A DNA stretch of 64,000 bases from Porphyridium purpureum (lineage: Eukaryota). Below the pieces are notes generated by a model. That model was given only the letters and a program-made list of their open reading frames with translations. It ran no database searches and was not told where the DNA came from. Below, in pieces: positions 40,835-51,296 of this stretch. The stretch lies in NCBI GenBank assembly GCA_008690995.1, contig VRMN01000018.1, forward strand, positions 186,001 through 250,000, given 5' to 3'. Position 1 is the first letter of the stretch; each line of letters begins with the position of its first letter. A program made the translations under genes and the position numbers.

Positions 40835-41080
40835 ATGACATTGCAATGCAAATTTACTCTTGATGATGCCATAAGAATGATCATTTCTGTTTAATGCTGC
40901 CATTTGAATGCGCATTTCATCTTGTTCATGCCATTGGAATGAGCATTCCGTTGAATAATGACATACAAATGGATATTTTACCTGGTAAATGACATTGAAA
41001 TAAGCATTTCGTCTTGATAATGACATGTGAATGAGCATTTCACCTCAGTGATGTCAATACAATGCAGCATTTCATGGACG
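40835..41080. repeat. Degenerate 31-bp tandem array, 8 units, AT-rich
   Basis: Units start at 40835, 40866, 40897, 40928, 40958, 40989, 41020 and 41051; consensus approximately ATGMCATWNNAATGNNCATTTC-N9. Confidence 0.9.
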
Positions 41081-41271
41081 TTTGTGAAAGCGCGCCAAAA
41101 GACGGCCCGAACGATTTCTGGAGCTGGGTGGTTTCGGGGCGCGGGCTGGAGACGGGGTCGTGTTGATTGGGAGACAAACGTGAGCGTGTTGGAGAGAGGT
41201 ATAGCCACACGGAGGGACAGAGAACGAGGCGCACACGCGTCGGATTCTCCGGAGCCTGCAGATACTTCGTG

Positions 41272-43155
41272 ATGTTTTACTCGTCACACATTCTGACGAA
41301 AAAGGGCGCGCTGTCAAAAGTATGGCTCGCGGCGCACATGCAGCACAAGCTGACAAAGGGCATGGTCACGTCGGTGGATGTGGAGCAGTCCTGCACGAGC
41401 ATTGTGCAGCCGGAAGCACCCTTGGCGTTGCGCTTGTCGAGTAACTTGATGTTGGGCGTCGTGAGAATTTACTCCAAGAAAACCAAGTACTTGCTCTCTG
41501 ACTGCACCGAGGCAATGGCCAAGCTGAGGACGATGTTGCGGCCGGGTGCCGGGTTCGAATGGCGCGACGATGACAATGTGGCAGCGCCATATGCCGCTAT
41601 TACATTAGCAGACCCCGCGGCGCACGCAGGCGCCGGGCACGGCGCGTTGATGGCAATCAACGTCGAGCCCATCGAAGACGACGGCAACACCATGTTAATG
41701 GACCTCGACTTTCTAGAGAACGACTCGGCCTCTGCGTCGCTGATGCAACACTCGCTGTCGCGGGCACTTTCGCAAAGCGGGTTCCAGGCGAGTGAGCGCG
41801 ACATCACCATGGACGACCATTCATCACTCACCGGCGAAGACTCGTACCAGTCGGGCGGGCATCTTTCCGGCATGTCGCTGGACCTGGCCGCGGCGGCCGA
41901 CATTGATGAGCAGCAGCCATTGCCTTTTGTTCCATCCAGGCAACGCAGCGCCTCTCCAGCAGAGCCCGAGCAATTGCGCCGAGACAGAGACCGGCTCCAC
42001 GCCGTGGCACCCGAACTTTCGCTCTCCCCGACTGTTGAGCCTCTCCAGCCATTTGAGTTTGAGCCGGAGCACCACGCCGCGGACCAACGCACTGGTCTCC
42101 CGGTACCGCTCCCTCTCGAGGAGGATCAAGACAGGTTGCGACAGGCCTCGCAGGATTCAGAATCGGACGTGCAAGTGGCGCCGCCCGTGCAGACTGCCGA
42201 CGAAGACAAGCCGCGGATAAAGCGGCGTATGGTCACCGCGACAGCAATAGACATTGAAACTGAGCTCCCGGCCCGGCAGATTCGCGCACAGCTTGCCCGA
42301 ACAGATGATATTGTGTTACCGCTCGTTACTCAAGTGCCCTTAAGGGATGAGGTCATTGTGCGAAACTCGTCCACAATCGGTGTTCTGATGCCTCTTGGTG
42401 GAGGTCCGCTGCACGACTTTGTCTCGAAGTGCATGGAGTCTTTAGATACAAATATTCTGAGACCTCCGGCAGGTCGTGATTTGCATGCAGGTCCAGGAAC
42501 TGCCACTGAAACCGAAGAGATTGAGATCATGCGTGCGGCGACGCCGGGCTCGGCTGATGCACAGCTGCCCATGCACATACTCAGCCCATTTGTTAGTCCA
42601 AACCAGGACAAGGCCATTCCGCATGCCGTGGAGCACGAGGACGATAGAGTCCAGGAAGAGAGTCCCGACTTTGACTTTGGATCGCTCGGCTCGACGTCAG
42701 CATCAAGCGTGGCACCCGGACCGGCACCGGCGACATACGCTGGCTCCTCGCCTCCGCGCCCAGTCACGCTGCGTATGCCGTTGGGCCGCATTTCACTGAT
42801 GGAAGTGGCAGCGACACCCATTCACTCGCTAGCCGGTGCTCCCGACTTGTCGTCCGGCGATCCACTGGTGAACGAGCGGACCACGAAAATGTGCTTGCTG
42901 TTGGAAGACCGCTTCTACGGCGACCGCGCGCCCAAAGCGGGCGAGCAGGGCGCACGAGGCACGGCAGCTTTATACGACCTGACCGCTGATTTGAAGGCCG
43001 AGGGCGCCACCCGGCGGAGCGCTGCACGCGCATTCTACGAGGTGCTGAACTTGAGCACGCGCAAGCTGATTCATCTGGACCAGGCGCAGCCGTATGGCGC
43101 TATCCATCTCACACCGACAGCCGCGTTCAACACGGCTCTCGTGGCATCGCAATAG
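41272..43155 (+). CDS. RAD21: Cohesin alpha-kleisin (Rad21/Rec8 family)
   Basis: MFYSSHILTKKGALSKVWLAAH...ALRLSSNLMLGVVRIYSKK N-domain; C-terminal winged helix TRRSAARAFYEVLNL...QPYGAI; candidate separase ExxR sites (EQLR, EIMR). Rad21 versus Rec8 not resolved. Confidence 0.88.
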   Translation: MFYSSHILTKKGALSKVWLAAHMQHKLTKGMVTSVDVEQSCTSIVQPEAPLALRLSSNLMLGVVRIYSKKTKYLLSDCTEAMAKLRTMLRPGAGFEWRDDDNVAAPYAAITLADPAAHAGAGHGALMAINVEPIEDDGNTMLMDLDFLENDSASASLMQHSLSRALSQSGFQASERDITMDDHSSLTGEDSYQSGGHLSGMSLDLAAAADIDEQQPLPFVPSRQRSASPAEPEQLRRDRDRLHAVAPELSLSPTVEPLQPFEFEPEHHAADQRTGLPVPLPLEEDQDRLRQASQDSESDVQVAPPVQTADEDKPRIKRRMVTATAIDIETELPARQIRAQLARTDDIVLPLVTQVPLRDEVIVRNSSTIGVLMPLGGGPLHDFVSKCMESLDTNILRPPAGRDLHAGPGTATETEEIEIMRAATPGSADAQLPMHILSPFVSPNQDKAIPHAVEHEDDRVQEESPDFDFGSLGSTSASSVAPGPAPATYAGSSPPRPVTLRMPLGRISLMEVAATPIHSLAGAPDLSSGDPLVNERTTKMCLLLEDRFYGDRAPKAGEQGARGTAALYDLTADLKAEGATRRSAARAFYEVLNLSTRKLIHLDQAQPYGAIHLTPTAAFNTALVASQ

Positions 43156-43204
43156 CACACAATTAAAAATAGTTCACTTCATACAGGTTACTAAAGACTG
43201 TTTG

Positions 43205-46078
43205 CTACACTTGCGTTTCCTGCTCGTCGCGTAATTCTGAGGCAGAGCCTGCACGTGAGCTATCCTTTGACGACTGCGACAATACCTTTCCCACTTCGTC
43301 TTCGTCGCTCGTGCGGAACTTGTCTCGCAACTGGTTCTCATGCTCCTCGAGCTGCTCCTCGTTATCCCAAAAGCTGGCCGGGCCCAGAATAGACAGGAGC
43401 GCAGGCACCAGCACAAAGCCGTGGGTCATGCCGAGCACAATAATCAGGAAGAACATCTTGAAGAACACCTGGAAAATGAAGCTCTTGGCGCCCGCAATCA
43501 CAATGACCGCGAGGAATGTGGATGCACCGGCGTGGAAGACTGGCGGGCCCAGATTCTTGAGTGCGAGAATCACGCGCCCGCGACGGTCATGCGTGTCAGG
43601 CGCGTCCATGAATGCCTTGGCAATGTGCACAGTAAAGTCGACGCTCAGACCGACTGCCAACGCCAAGCAGATAACCGACACTGATGAAATCCCGACACCC
43701 CAAAAGTAAGTCAGACCCATCACGTCCACAACGCTGAAGCCCAAACTGAAAAGCACAATGAGCGCCGTGAACGGGCTTCCGACCAAAAACAGAGTGACGA
43801 CGAGAACCATGGCGAGACTCAGACCCACGGCAAGCAGCGCCTCCTCCCGAATGACCGCATACTGCTCGTAGAAGATGAACCCGAAGAAGAATGGGAACGA
43901 ATCAGGCAGATCTGAATTGTCCACTGTATCTCGGAGGCTCTGCATCGAGTTCACTTGATCTTCGTTGTTCGAAAGGGGCACATACTCGGCAGAAAAGCGA
44001 GACGCCAGAATCTGCGTGCTCGTCAGGTTGAAGTCGCTGGTGAATCGCGCGCCGTCGCTGGCGAGAAAGTCTTGCAACTGGCTGAAGAACGTGTTCTCCG
44101 GGAAAACCTGACCGTCAGGCAGATTGTAAAACTGGCGCATGCTATGGTACCAGCACTGCACCGTATCTTGTTGAATGTACTCATTCTGTGCCACCAGACC
44201 AGTGACCGGCGTGCAAAGCTCAAGCAGTGCGTTCTGGTTGGCTGCCGTTCCGTACTCAATTGCGCCAGTGTAAATTCTCACTACCGCGCCCAAATCTCCA
44301 AAAGTCTCCTGCTCCACATCGTAGTACAAGCGCTGCCGCGAGCCATCTGGATAGAAGTAACTAAAGTCAAAGTCCAGCTTCAGCTGCGTTGTGCCCCATA
44401 CAGACACGCCGAAGAGCGCAGTAAGCAGCGCGATGAACAAAAGTCGCATCCATTTGTGCGTCACCAATGGGCCCCACTTGCTTTCGAAAAAGCGTTCCAT
44501 CACCCCCGGATACTTGCCAAAGACATTGGTTTCCTTGGGCGTTTCAACAGTCTTGCAGCAAAGGATGTCCATGCGCTTGGCGTCACGACGCCGTTCGTCG
44601 ATGGTCAAGTAGGCCACAAACATGGTGGTGGTGAAAATAAAGTCAAAGACGACCGCAATACCAGCCCACAACGCGAATGTGCGAAGCGCCGGCAGCTTGG
44701 TGATAGCGGAGATGAAGAAAACGCACGCGTTTGTCAGCGATGTCACCGTGACTGCCGTGCCAGCGTCCGCAAGCGCCGTTGCTACCCGCTGGCGAGCAGG
44801 GGCCTCTGGGTGTCTTTCGTTGGCCTGGTCAAGCGCCCGCACAATCACGAAACCATCGTCTGCACCAATGCCCAGGACCAGCAGGGGCAAAACCTGGTGC
44901 ACAGGACCAAAGAAGATACCACACAGACTGGAGAACCCAAAAGTGGCGCCCAGGGCAAAACCAATGGAGATGAAGAGCATCAGGCCGGCAACAACACGCG
45001 AGTAGACAACGTGCCACATACCCAAGAAGATCAGCGTGTAAATAATAAGCAGCACAAAGCCGATTGTGAAGAGCGAAATGTCACCGAACAGCGCTTCGGA
45101 GAGCGAATCGCTCTGGGTTTGGGCAGACTGCCATACAAACGAGAAGGCGTCGGTTTCGTACGCAACCATGTTATCGTCCCATTCTGTTTCGAACGCCTTG
45201 GCGCGCGGGTCCATCACTTCACCGTCACGTGTAAACTCCTGTTGCTCAAGCAGCTGCGTCACTCGAAAGGCACCAATAAAGAGCGAATCGCCGGCGCCAG
45301 TTACCTGCGCTACAACATTAGCCTTGTTCATATTTGCGCCGTTCCAGGTCACGTACGGGCCGACCGTCAGCTTCTCCTTGATCTCAGAATCGCTGAGCGT
45401 CTCGACAAACGCCCTGACGGTGGCCAAAAAGTCGTACTCGTCGCTGCTGCCCGCCACCGGTACCAGGAACGCCTCGTTGTAGAACAAGTTTAGCACCGAA
45501 AATTGCGTGCAAAACTGGATCCCTTGCGAGTTTGAGGAGTAAAAACACGCCGAGCACAGCGACACGCTCTGATTAGCGCCATCCTCAGCAATGTAAGTCG
45601 TTTCCGTATCATATGACACTTGCACCAAATCAATCAGTGCGAGGATCCCAGACTTGGTCGCCATGTTGATGCTGTTGTCCGGACTGTATGTGATGGTGTC
45701 GAACAGGCGAACTTGCGACGTAAAGTAGGTGTCCACAAACTCCTTGTCATCGAGCGCCTGCGTGCCTTGCGGCACCCACAAATAATCCTCCCGCGACTCG
45801 GTCGTGTACCGCGCAATTCCTGCCATGACCAGCCCACCAAACAGCGCCATGATCAGAATGGTAAGCAGCGGGCGCCCAGCCACCATCCATCCCAGCCGAT
45901 AGTAAAAGCTATTCATGCCTCTTTCAATCGCGAGCGCCAACCTTCGCAGCACATTCTTCTTCTTCGCGGGCTGCGCCTGCTCCGCGAGCTGTCCCGACGC
46001 GCCCTTCTCCGTCTCTCCGAGCTCCACACGCTCGAGGCGTTCCTCATCCGCATCCTCTGCGGCCACTGCTGTCTCCAT
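43205..46078 (-). CDS. Patched/NPC1-related sterol-sensing-domain RND membrane protein
   Basis: About 12 TM helices in two repeats, two large lumenal loops, LGIGADD and VGLSVDF GxxxD motifs. Confidence 0.92.
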   Translation of the reverse strand: METAVAAEDADEERLERVELGETEKGASGQLAEQAQPAKKKNVLRRLALAIERGMNSFYYRLGWMVAGRPLLTILIMALFGGLVMAGIARYTTESREDYLWVPQGTQALDDKEFVDTYFTSQVRLFDTITYSPDNSINMATKSGILALIDLVQVSYDTETTYIAEDGANQSVSLCSACFYSSNSQGIQFCTQFSVLNLFYNEAFLVPVAGSSDEYDFLATVRAFVETLSDSEIKEKLTVGPYVTWNGANMNKANVVAQVTGAGDSLFIGAFRVTQLLEQQEFTRDGEVMDPRAKAFETEWDDNMVAYETDAFSFVWQSAQTQSDSLSEALFGDISLFTIGFVLLIIYTLIFLGMWHVVYSRVVAGLMLFISIGFALGATFGFSSLCGIFFGPVHQVLPLLVLGIGADDGFVIVRALDQANERHPEAPARQRVATALADAGTAVTVTSLTNACVFFISAITKLPALRTFALWAGIAVVFDFIFTTTMFVAYLTIDERRRDAKRMDILCCKTVETPKETNVFGKYPGVMERFFESKWGPLVTHKWMRLLFIALLTALFGVSVWGTTQLKLDFDFSYFYPDGSRQRLYYDVEQETFGDLGAVVRIYTGAIEYGTAANQNALLELCTPVTGLVAQNEYIQQDTVQCWYHSMRQFYNLPDGQVFPENTFFSQLQDFLASDGARFTSDFNLTSTQILASRFSAEYVPLSNNEDQVNSMQSLRDTVDNSDLPDSFPFFFGFIFYEQYAVIREEALLAVGLSLAMVLVVTLFLVGSPFTALIVLFSLGFSVVDVMGLTYFWGVGISSVSVICLALAVGLSVDFTVHIAKAFMDAPDTHDRRGRVILALKNLGPPVFHAGASTFLAVIVIAGAKSFIFQVFFKMFFLIIVLGMTHGFVLVPALLSILGPASFWDNEEQLEEHENQLRDKFRTSDEDEVGKVLSQSSKDSSRAGSASELRDEQETQV

Positions 46079-47330
46079 CGGTCCTTCAACCTGTCCCTGT
46101 CGTACTCACACCTCTTGTTCCTTCTCCTCCTTGCGAGCTCTTGCTGGCCTCCAGTCCTGCCTGCCAGCTTGTTCCTCGACCAGTCTGCGCCGTCAAACTC
46201 AGCCTTTATATAACCTGGGCGCGCCACGTACGGCCACGCTACGGCTCCGTTGGGTCACTTTATCCGCCTCGTCCCGCCGGCATCGCTTCACGTCCGCTCT
46301 CTTGCAACCGCCTACATTCACCTGCTTTCCACCCCATCCACCCGCACCACTACACGAAAATGGCTCACTTGCAAATAACCCTTGTGCTCGGTTTTCTATG
46401 TATCGGGGTGTTTTTGATATGGAACCGGAAGTGAGCCGGGCGTGAAACGGCACGCACTTTGCATGGCCAGAAACGCGTGCTGACGCCAACTCGAGATGAA
46501 TCGGTGTGGAGCCGGAGCAGCACAAGGCAGCGAGGTGAGGCGGGCAGGCGCATCATCCCCTTCGATCCTCATGATACGATTGGATGGATGGATATCTAGT
46601 GCAACACGTGCGCGCGACATTCAGTTCACTGGTACGTGAGTGGATGGATCGATCGATAGATGTTACGGGCGCGACATCATGTTGAATGGCAGACGTGGCT
46701 GACGAGCTGACGCGCGGTTGTGGGAGGGATGGATGCGCGCGCTGGAGTTGCGTCCCGCAAGTCGCCTCCACCAGAGTGTGGAATTCGGGATTGGCCCAGT
46801 AGGCGTGCCGTGGTCGACCCGCTCGGAAAATGAGCGCGCGTGCGTGTACGGAGTCGGTGTGATTTGTGTCCTCGCAACGGGTTGGAATAAATAGGATGTG
46901 GCGTAGTGAGTTTAAAGTTGTGCGAATGTGCGCGTCCACGTGCCAACGGCAATGTGCCGTGTAAGCCGCGTAAACTCTCAGGCCAGACTGAAGCGGAGCA
47001 GAACAGGAGCGGCATCGGAGACGCACAGGCAGAGAGTTGGGCGGCGCATGCGCAAACCCGCTCTCCTAGCCGCTCACGACTGTAAGCTCATGCATGCTGC
47101 GCGCATCCACCACACGCACGGACACATGCCAGCCCTTCGCGCCTGGACAATACCTTACCGACCTGGTCAAGTCGCACATTATCATGCAAACCGCAGCACT
47201 TTACTCATAGGAAGAACGAAGCCAGACTTGAGGCCCCTGTGACTGCGTGCGGACGTATCCAAGCACTTGCTTTCGGCTTGCGTTTTGTTGCTTCTTTCCA
47301 TAGGCTTGCTCGTTCCTGCAAAAAGGCTCG

Positions 47331-49736
47331 CTACAACAAGGGGCGCAGCGCTCGCGGCACCGGAATGAGGATGGCAAAGCCGATCGCTAGCAAGAGCATA
47401 CTGCCCAGCGTCCGCTTTGCGTCTGGCGGCGTCAGCTCGTCTTGGCACGGTGTGTCGTGCACAAATGGCGTCACCAGGAGGCCGACCAGCATGACAAAGC
47501 CCGAAATACTCTTAAAATTGGACCACAGCGCGCTCAGGACTACCGCCGTCCAAGTCACGCGGTTGATCCACAAGCTTGTGCGCCTGCCATACAGCGCACG
47601 GACAAGTCGTCCGCCGTCCAGCTGCGGAAGCGGAATCAGGTTCACTGCACACAAAAGCATGCCGTACATGCCGCCCATGGCGAGAGGGTGCAGTCCAAAC
47701 AAGGCGCCGTCGAGGGACTGCAGCACGCGGTTGCGGAAAACCCGCCCAAGCCCGACACCGATCAGCATACTTCGCTGAGCTTGAATCACAGGCATCCGAA
47801 TTGCAAACGTCGGGTTCAACGTCATGTACATCCCGACAACAAAGAGCGCAAGTGAGGCCAGAAGCATTGAGCCAGCGCCCACGCCCACAATGTCGCACAT
47901 AACATTGCGCGACGCCGCCGGGCTGTCAGTGTGTGACGAGATCGGAATTTCGCTGAAGCTCGGCGACAGGATGGAAAGCCCCACGCGCACGCCGTGACGG
48001 CGAGCAGCCACACGCTGCGCCACTTCACGCACGCAAATGAGCATCAGGATCAGCAGAAGCATTTGAAACTCTGACGCGGGGAACGGACCACGAGCGCGAG
48101 CCGCACTTATCCCGTATGGTCGTCCGTACAAGAAATAGTTTGACACATAGAGCTCATTGAAACGCACCCACTGTGCCCCCAGCACCAAAAACGAGGCCCA
48201 GATCACATTAATGTTGCGTCCAGGGACCGGCAATAAGTTCCGCCAAGTGTTCATGACCAGCACAGCTGGCCGCCCGTCGAGCTCGTCCTCAATCAGGCAG
48301 AGCGTGAACTTGTCGCCACAAGCTTCTGATAATCTTTGCTCCATTTTCAAGCGGGACTTCGTCGGATCTCCACGAAGGTTACCACGGAAAAGCACGCCGT
48401 CAGACCGGAGCACAGTTTGGCTCGCAAAGAACGTATCGGGCCCAAAAATCTTCTTGATCTTGGTCAAATCCTTGTCGCTTGAGATACCATTCCCAAATAA
48501 AAGCGCAAAGGGTACATTGCGCCCACGCTCGACCTTTTCCGCTTCCGCTTTTTTGCCGTCGAGTTCTTCGCCCGCCCATCGCCGCAACGTGCTCATCGCT
48601 CTCTTTCTTCGCGACGTGTGTGACTCGGACGCAGAGCTTTCTTTCTTACGAGTCTCCTCAGACGCAAGTAAAGCTTTCTGCTTTTCCTCAGCTTCGAGTG
48701 CTGGACGTGCTTCGTCGGGACGCAAATCTGCCGTGTGAAGCTGTTCTTCGCTCGGGCTACTCACCCCATTCTCGACATGCGTGCTCGTCGTACTACCACT
48801 GCTGCGATCGACTTTTGAGCTCCTTCTCAGTCGGATCTCGCGCAAGGCTTCGGTGGGTTTGCCTCTCGATTTGACTCGCTTTCTGGGTTGACGAGAATGA
48901 CCAGCTTGGTCGCTTTCATCGTCATCCGAAAGGTACGATTCACATCGTGCCATCCACCGATCAAAAATAGAAAGACCTCCCCATTCGCGCTCTGTCAGTT
49001 CTCCTCTATTGTCTTCATCCTCTTCCTCACAAGGCCGCAGGTCACTGCTCTTTCTCTTCAAAAACGGTAGCCGCTTGTAACCCAGCTCGATTTCGCGATC
49101 AGTGAATGGTACTTTCAAGCGAGTCTTGTTCAGTGGCCGGTCCTGGTCTTTCTTGCGCAATCGGCCCACTTCCTCCCTTTGCTCACTCTCCGTAAGGCGC
49201 GTAGCATCTTGTGTCTCTGATTTCGACAGGCCGTGCTGAGGTGGCACGTTGTCCGAGCCGGTCTGCATTGGGGAAGCGTTGAGTGCCTCATTTCCATTCT
49301 GGGACACCTGATCTCGAGAGCTCTGTGGTCGTCTCTTCAAAATCCTGGGAAACGCGTGTACAAACATGCGGACAAGCGTCCGGGAGCGCTGCTTGCGCCT
49401 CAACTCAGTTCTTCGCTTCTCCCAGCGAGAACTATGCTTTCTTTCGGGCGCCAGGCCAGGAGGCAGACGCGCGTCCAGGCGCTTTTTTTCCTGTCCATCC
49501 TGGACGGACGGGACCGCACTGATTTGCGGAATGTCAGCAGCACGATGACTTTGGGCCTCGCCGGCCGCCGCGTTGTCGTCGAACGGTGTTCTCTGCGCGC
49601 ACATTTCCCTGTGATATCCCCGGCGCCTGCCGGCGACTGTTGCCGCGTGCGACCCCAGTCCAGCACCCACAAAACAAATGCTGCCGGCATAGTGCCCTTG
49701 CGTCGGGCGGTCCCTACTTGAGCAGAGCGCATTCAT
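47331..49736 (-). CDS. EGY-like (M50/S2P family) plastid membrane protein, probably a pseudoprotease
   Basis: IFGPDTFF...GVLFRGNLRG N-domain typical of EGY proteins, NLIPLPQLDGGR motif; HExxH replaced by REVAQ. Confidence 0.85.
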   Translation of the reverse strand: MNALCSSRDRPTQGHYAGSICFVGAGLGSHAATVAGRRRGYHREMCAQRTPFDDNAAAGEAQSHRAADIPQISAVPSVQDGQEKKRLDARLPPGLAPERKHSSRWEKRRTELRRKQRSRTLVRMFVHAFPRILKRRPQSSRDQVSQNGNEALNASPMQTGSDNVPPQHGLSKSETQDATRLTESEQREEVGRLRKKDQDRPLNKTRLKVPFTDREIELGYKRLPFLKRKSSDLRPCEEEDEDNRGELTEREWGGLSIFDRWMARCESYLSDDDESDQAGHSRQPRKRVKSRGKPTEALREIRLRRSSKVDRSSGSTTSTHVENGVSSPSEEQLHTADLRPDEARPALEAEEKQKALLASEETRKKESSASESHTSRRKRAMSTLRRWAGEELDGKKAEAEKVERGRNVPFALLFGNGISSDKDLTKIKKIFGPDTFFASQTVLRSDGVLFRGNLRGDPTKSRLKMEQRLSEACGDKFTLCLIEDELDGRPAVLVMNTWRNLLPVPGRNINVIWASFLVLGAQWVRFNELYVSNYFLYGRPYGISAARARGPFPASEFQMLLLILMLICVREVAQRVAARRHGVRVGLSILSPSFSEIPISSHTDSPAASRNVMCDIVGVGAGSMLLASLALFVVGMYMTLNPTFAIRMPVIQAQRSMLIGVGLGRVFRNRVLQSLDGALFGLHPLAMGGMYGMLLCAVNLIPLPQLDGGRLVRALYGRRTSLWINRVTWTAVVLSALWSNFKSISGFVMLVGLLVTPFVHDTPCQDELTPPDAKRTLGSMLLLAIGFAILIPVPRALRPLL

Positions 49737-50310
49737 CCTCGTCTCCTTCTCTCTCACACACTGGCGAAAGCACTGCGCCACACGCAACCACCACCCCGAG
49801 GTCACGTACCCCCAAAAGGGGAGTCACGGACCGCCGCAGCGCGCGAGTTCGGCGCGCAGCAAGAGAAGAAGAGGACGCGAGCCGAGACACAACCCGAATG
49901 CCTGCACGTTTCAACGCTGGGGCGGCGGCGCTTTCTCTCCACGCCGCAAGCCCATCAACGCCAATCGCAGCAACCCACAAACCGAACAAACGCCGCGCGC
50001 CTACCAGCGCAACCTCCAGCGAGTTTCTAGCAAAACGCGCTCGTTTAGAAGGAGCGATGCAACAGTACACTGGACGGACTGAACATAGCGCTGTACACCT
50101 ATGCATGTACAGTAGACTCATAAATGGTACAGTTGGTGCTCTAATTACATTGCAATGCGTATTGCGTGAGTACAGTCTGGAGATTGATCGGACTGCGTCG
50201 AGATCGCCCGTGCGTGTGGCGTGGCCGGTGCGGCGCATGGAGTTGTTGCGCTGGCGACGCGTTGGTGGCAGTTGGAGAGGGAGGAACGAAGGCTTTGGAG
50301 GGCGCCCGGC

Positions 50311-51123
50311 ATGGCCTTTTTAGCCCTGAGTGGCCCGGTGGTCCGGCGGGCCCGGGGAGTCAGTTTACGCGGCTCGAGCGTGCCGCGTGACGGTCATTGG
50401 GCGAGACCGCGTGCGCCGAAATGCGGCCGCGTAGTCGTGATGGGCTCGTCCGCGGCGGCGTCTGGGGGCGCGAGTGAGAACCCGTATCGAGCTCTGGGTG
50501 TTGCAGAGGATTGTTCGCATGAGGAGGTGGAAGCGGCGTTCGCGCGGTTGAAAGCCAAGCACGAGGATGACGAAACCAAGCTGGCGTACTATGAGGCGCT
50601 CAAAGACAGGATATTTGCGGACAAGCTACAAAAGCGATTGTCTGGTGCTGTGACAGCACGCTTCACATCATCGCCGGACGACCGCAAGAAGCCCAAGAAA
50701 AAGTTCGTGTGGCCTGACTGGGTCAAGAAGCTCGTGAAGAAACCGGAAGCGCATGAGCTCAAGCGTGTAGGATTCCTGATGATTGCGATTCTGATCGGCT
50801 GCGCGGCCGCTCCACCCATGAGCCAAACGTGGATAGGCTCCTCTGCGGTCATTTGCGGCGGCGCTCTGTACCAGCGCGGCGCACCGGAGCCCGTGCGCGA
50901 TGAGTTTGGAAACATTGGCGAGGTGCAGGACATCAAGCGCAACGTGATGATTCGCACCATCGTCATCATGTTATTAGCCACAGCACTGGGCTTTGGCATC
51001 TCCAACCTCATTCTTTACACCCTGCCGTTACCACTGTGGATCAATCCGAACGTCTTTTCTGCATGGATCATGATCGCGTTCCAATACCTGGCATCCGTCA
51101 TCTTCTACACGCAAGACATCTAG
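50311..51123 (+). CDS. CPP1/CDF1-like J-like plastid chaperone
   Basis: Transit peptide, NPYRALGV...EEVEAA...I...LQKRLSG J-like domain without HPD, C-terminal TM helices. Confidence 0.75.
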   Translation: MAFLALSGPVVRRARGVSLRGSSVPRDGHWARPRAPKCGRVVVMGSSAAASGGASENPYRALGVAEDCSHEEVEAAFARLKAKHEDDETKLAYYEALKDRIFADKLQKRLSGAVTARFTSSPDDRKKPKKKFVWPDWVKKLVKKPEAHELKRVGFLMIAILIGCAAAPPMSQTWIGSSAVICGGALYQRGAPEPVRDEFGNIGEVQDIKRNVMIRTIVIMLLATALGFGISNLILYTLPLPLWINPNVFSAWIMIAFQYLASVIFYTQDI

Positions 51124-51296
51124 CGCGCGCCGTGCACCAATGTCGTCCAACAAGTAGAACATGCTGAGCGAAGATACACGGAAAAAAAAGTTTTCAGCCA
51201 CGAAGCGCCCTGTGTCAGTCCTAGTCCGCGGCCCGAAGGCGCGTGCGGGGAGGTTTGTTCGGAGAAGGCCCCGTCTGGCCGGAACCGCGGTCGGCG

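Noticed and set aside
40835..41080. CRISPR array interpretation of the 31-bp repeat
   Set aside because: Repeats are degenerate, variable parts are only about 9 nt, no cas genes, eukaryotic context.
43955..45493. 512-aa plus-strand ORF
   Set aside because: Antisense shadow of the Patched-like gene; no recognisable motifs; expected in GC-rich coding DNA.
47150..47166. ATACCTTACCGACCTGG, reminiscent of the U1 snRNA 5' end
   Set aside because: Does not match ATACTTACCTGG, and no U1 stem-loops or Sm site were recognised downstream.
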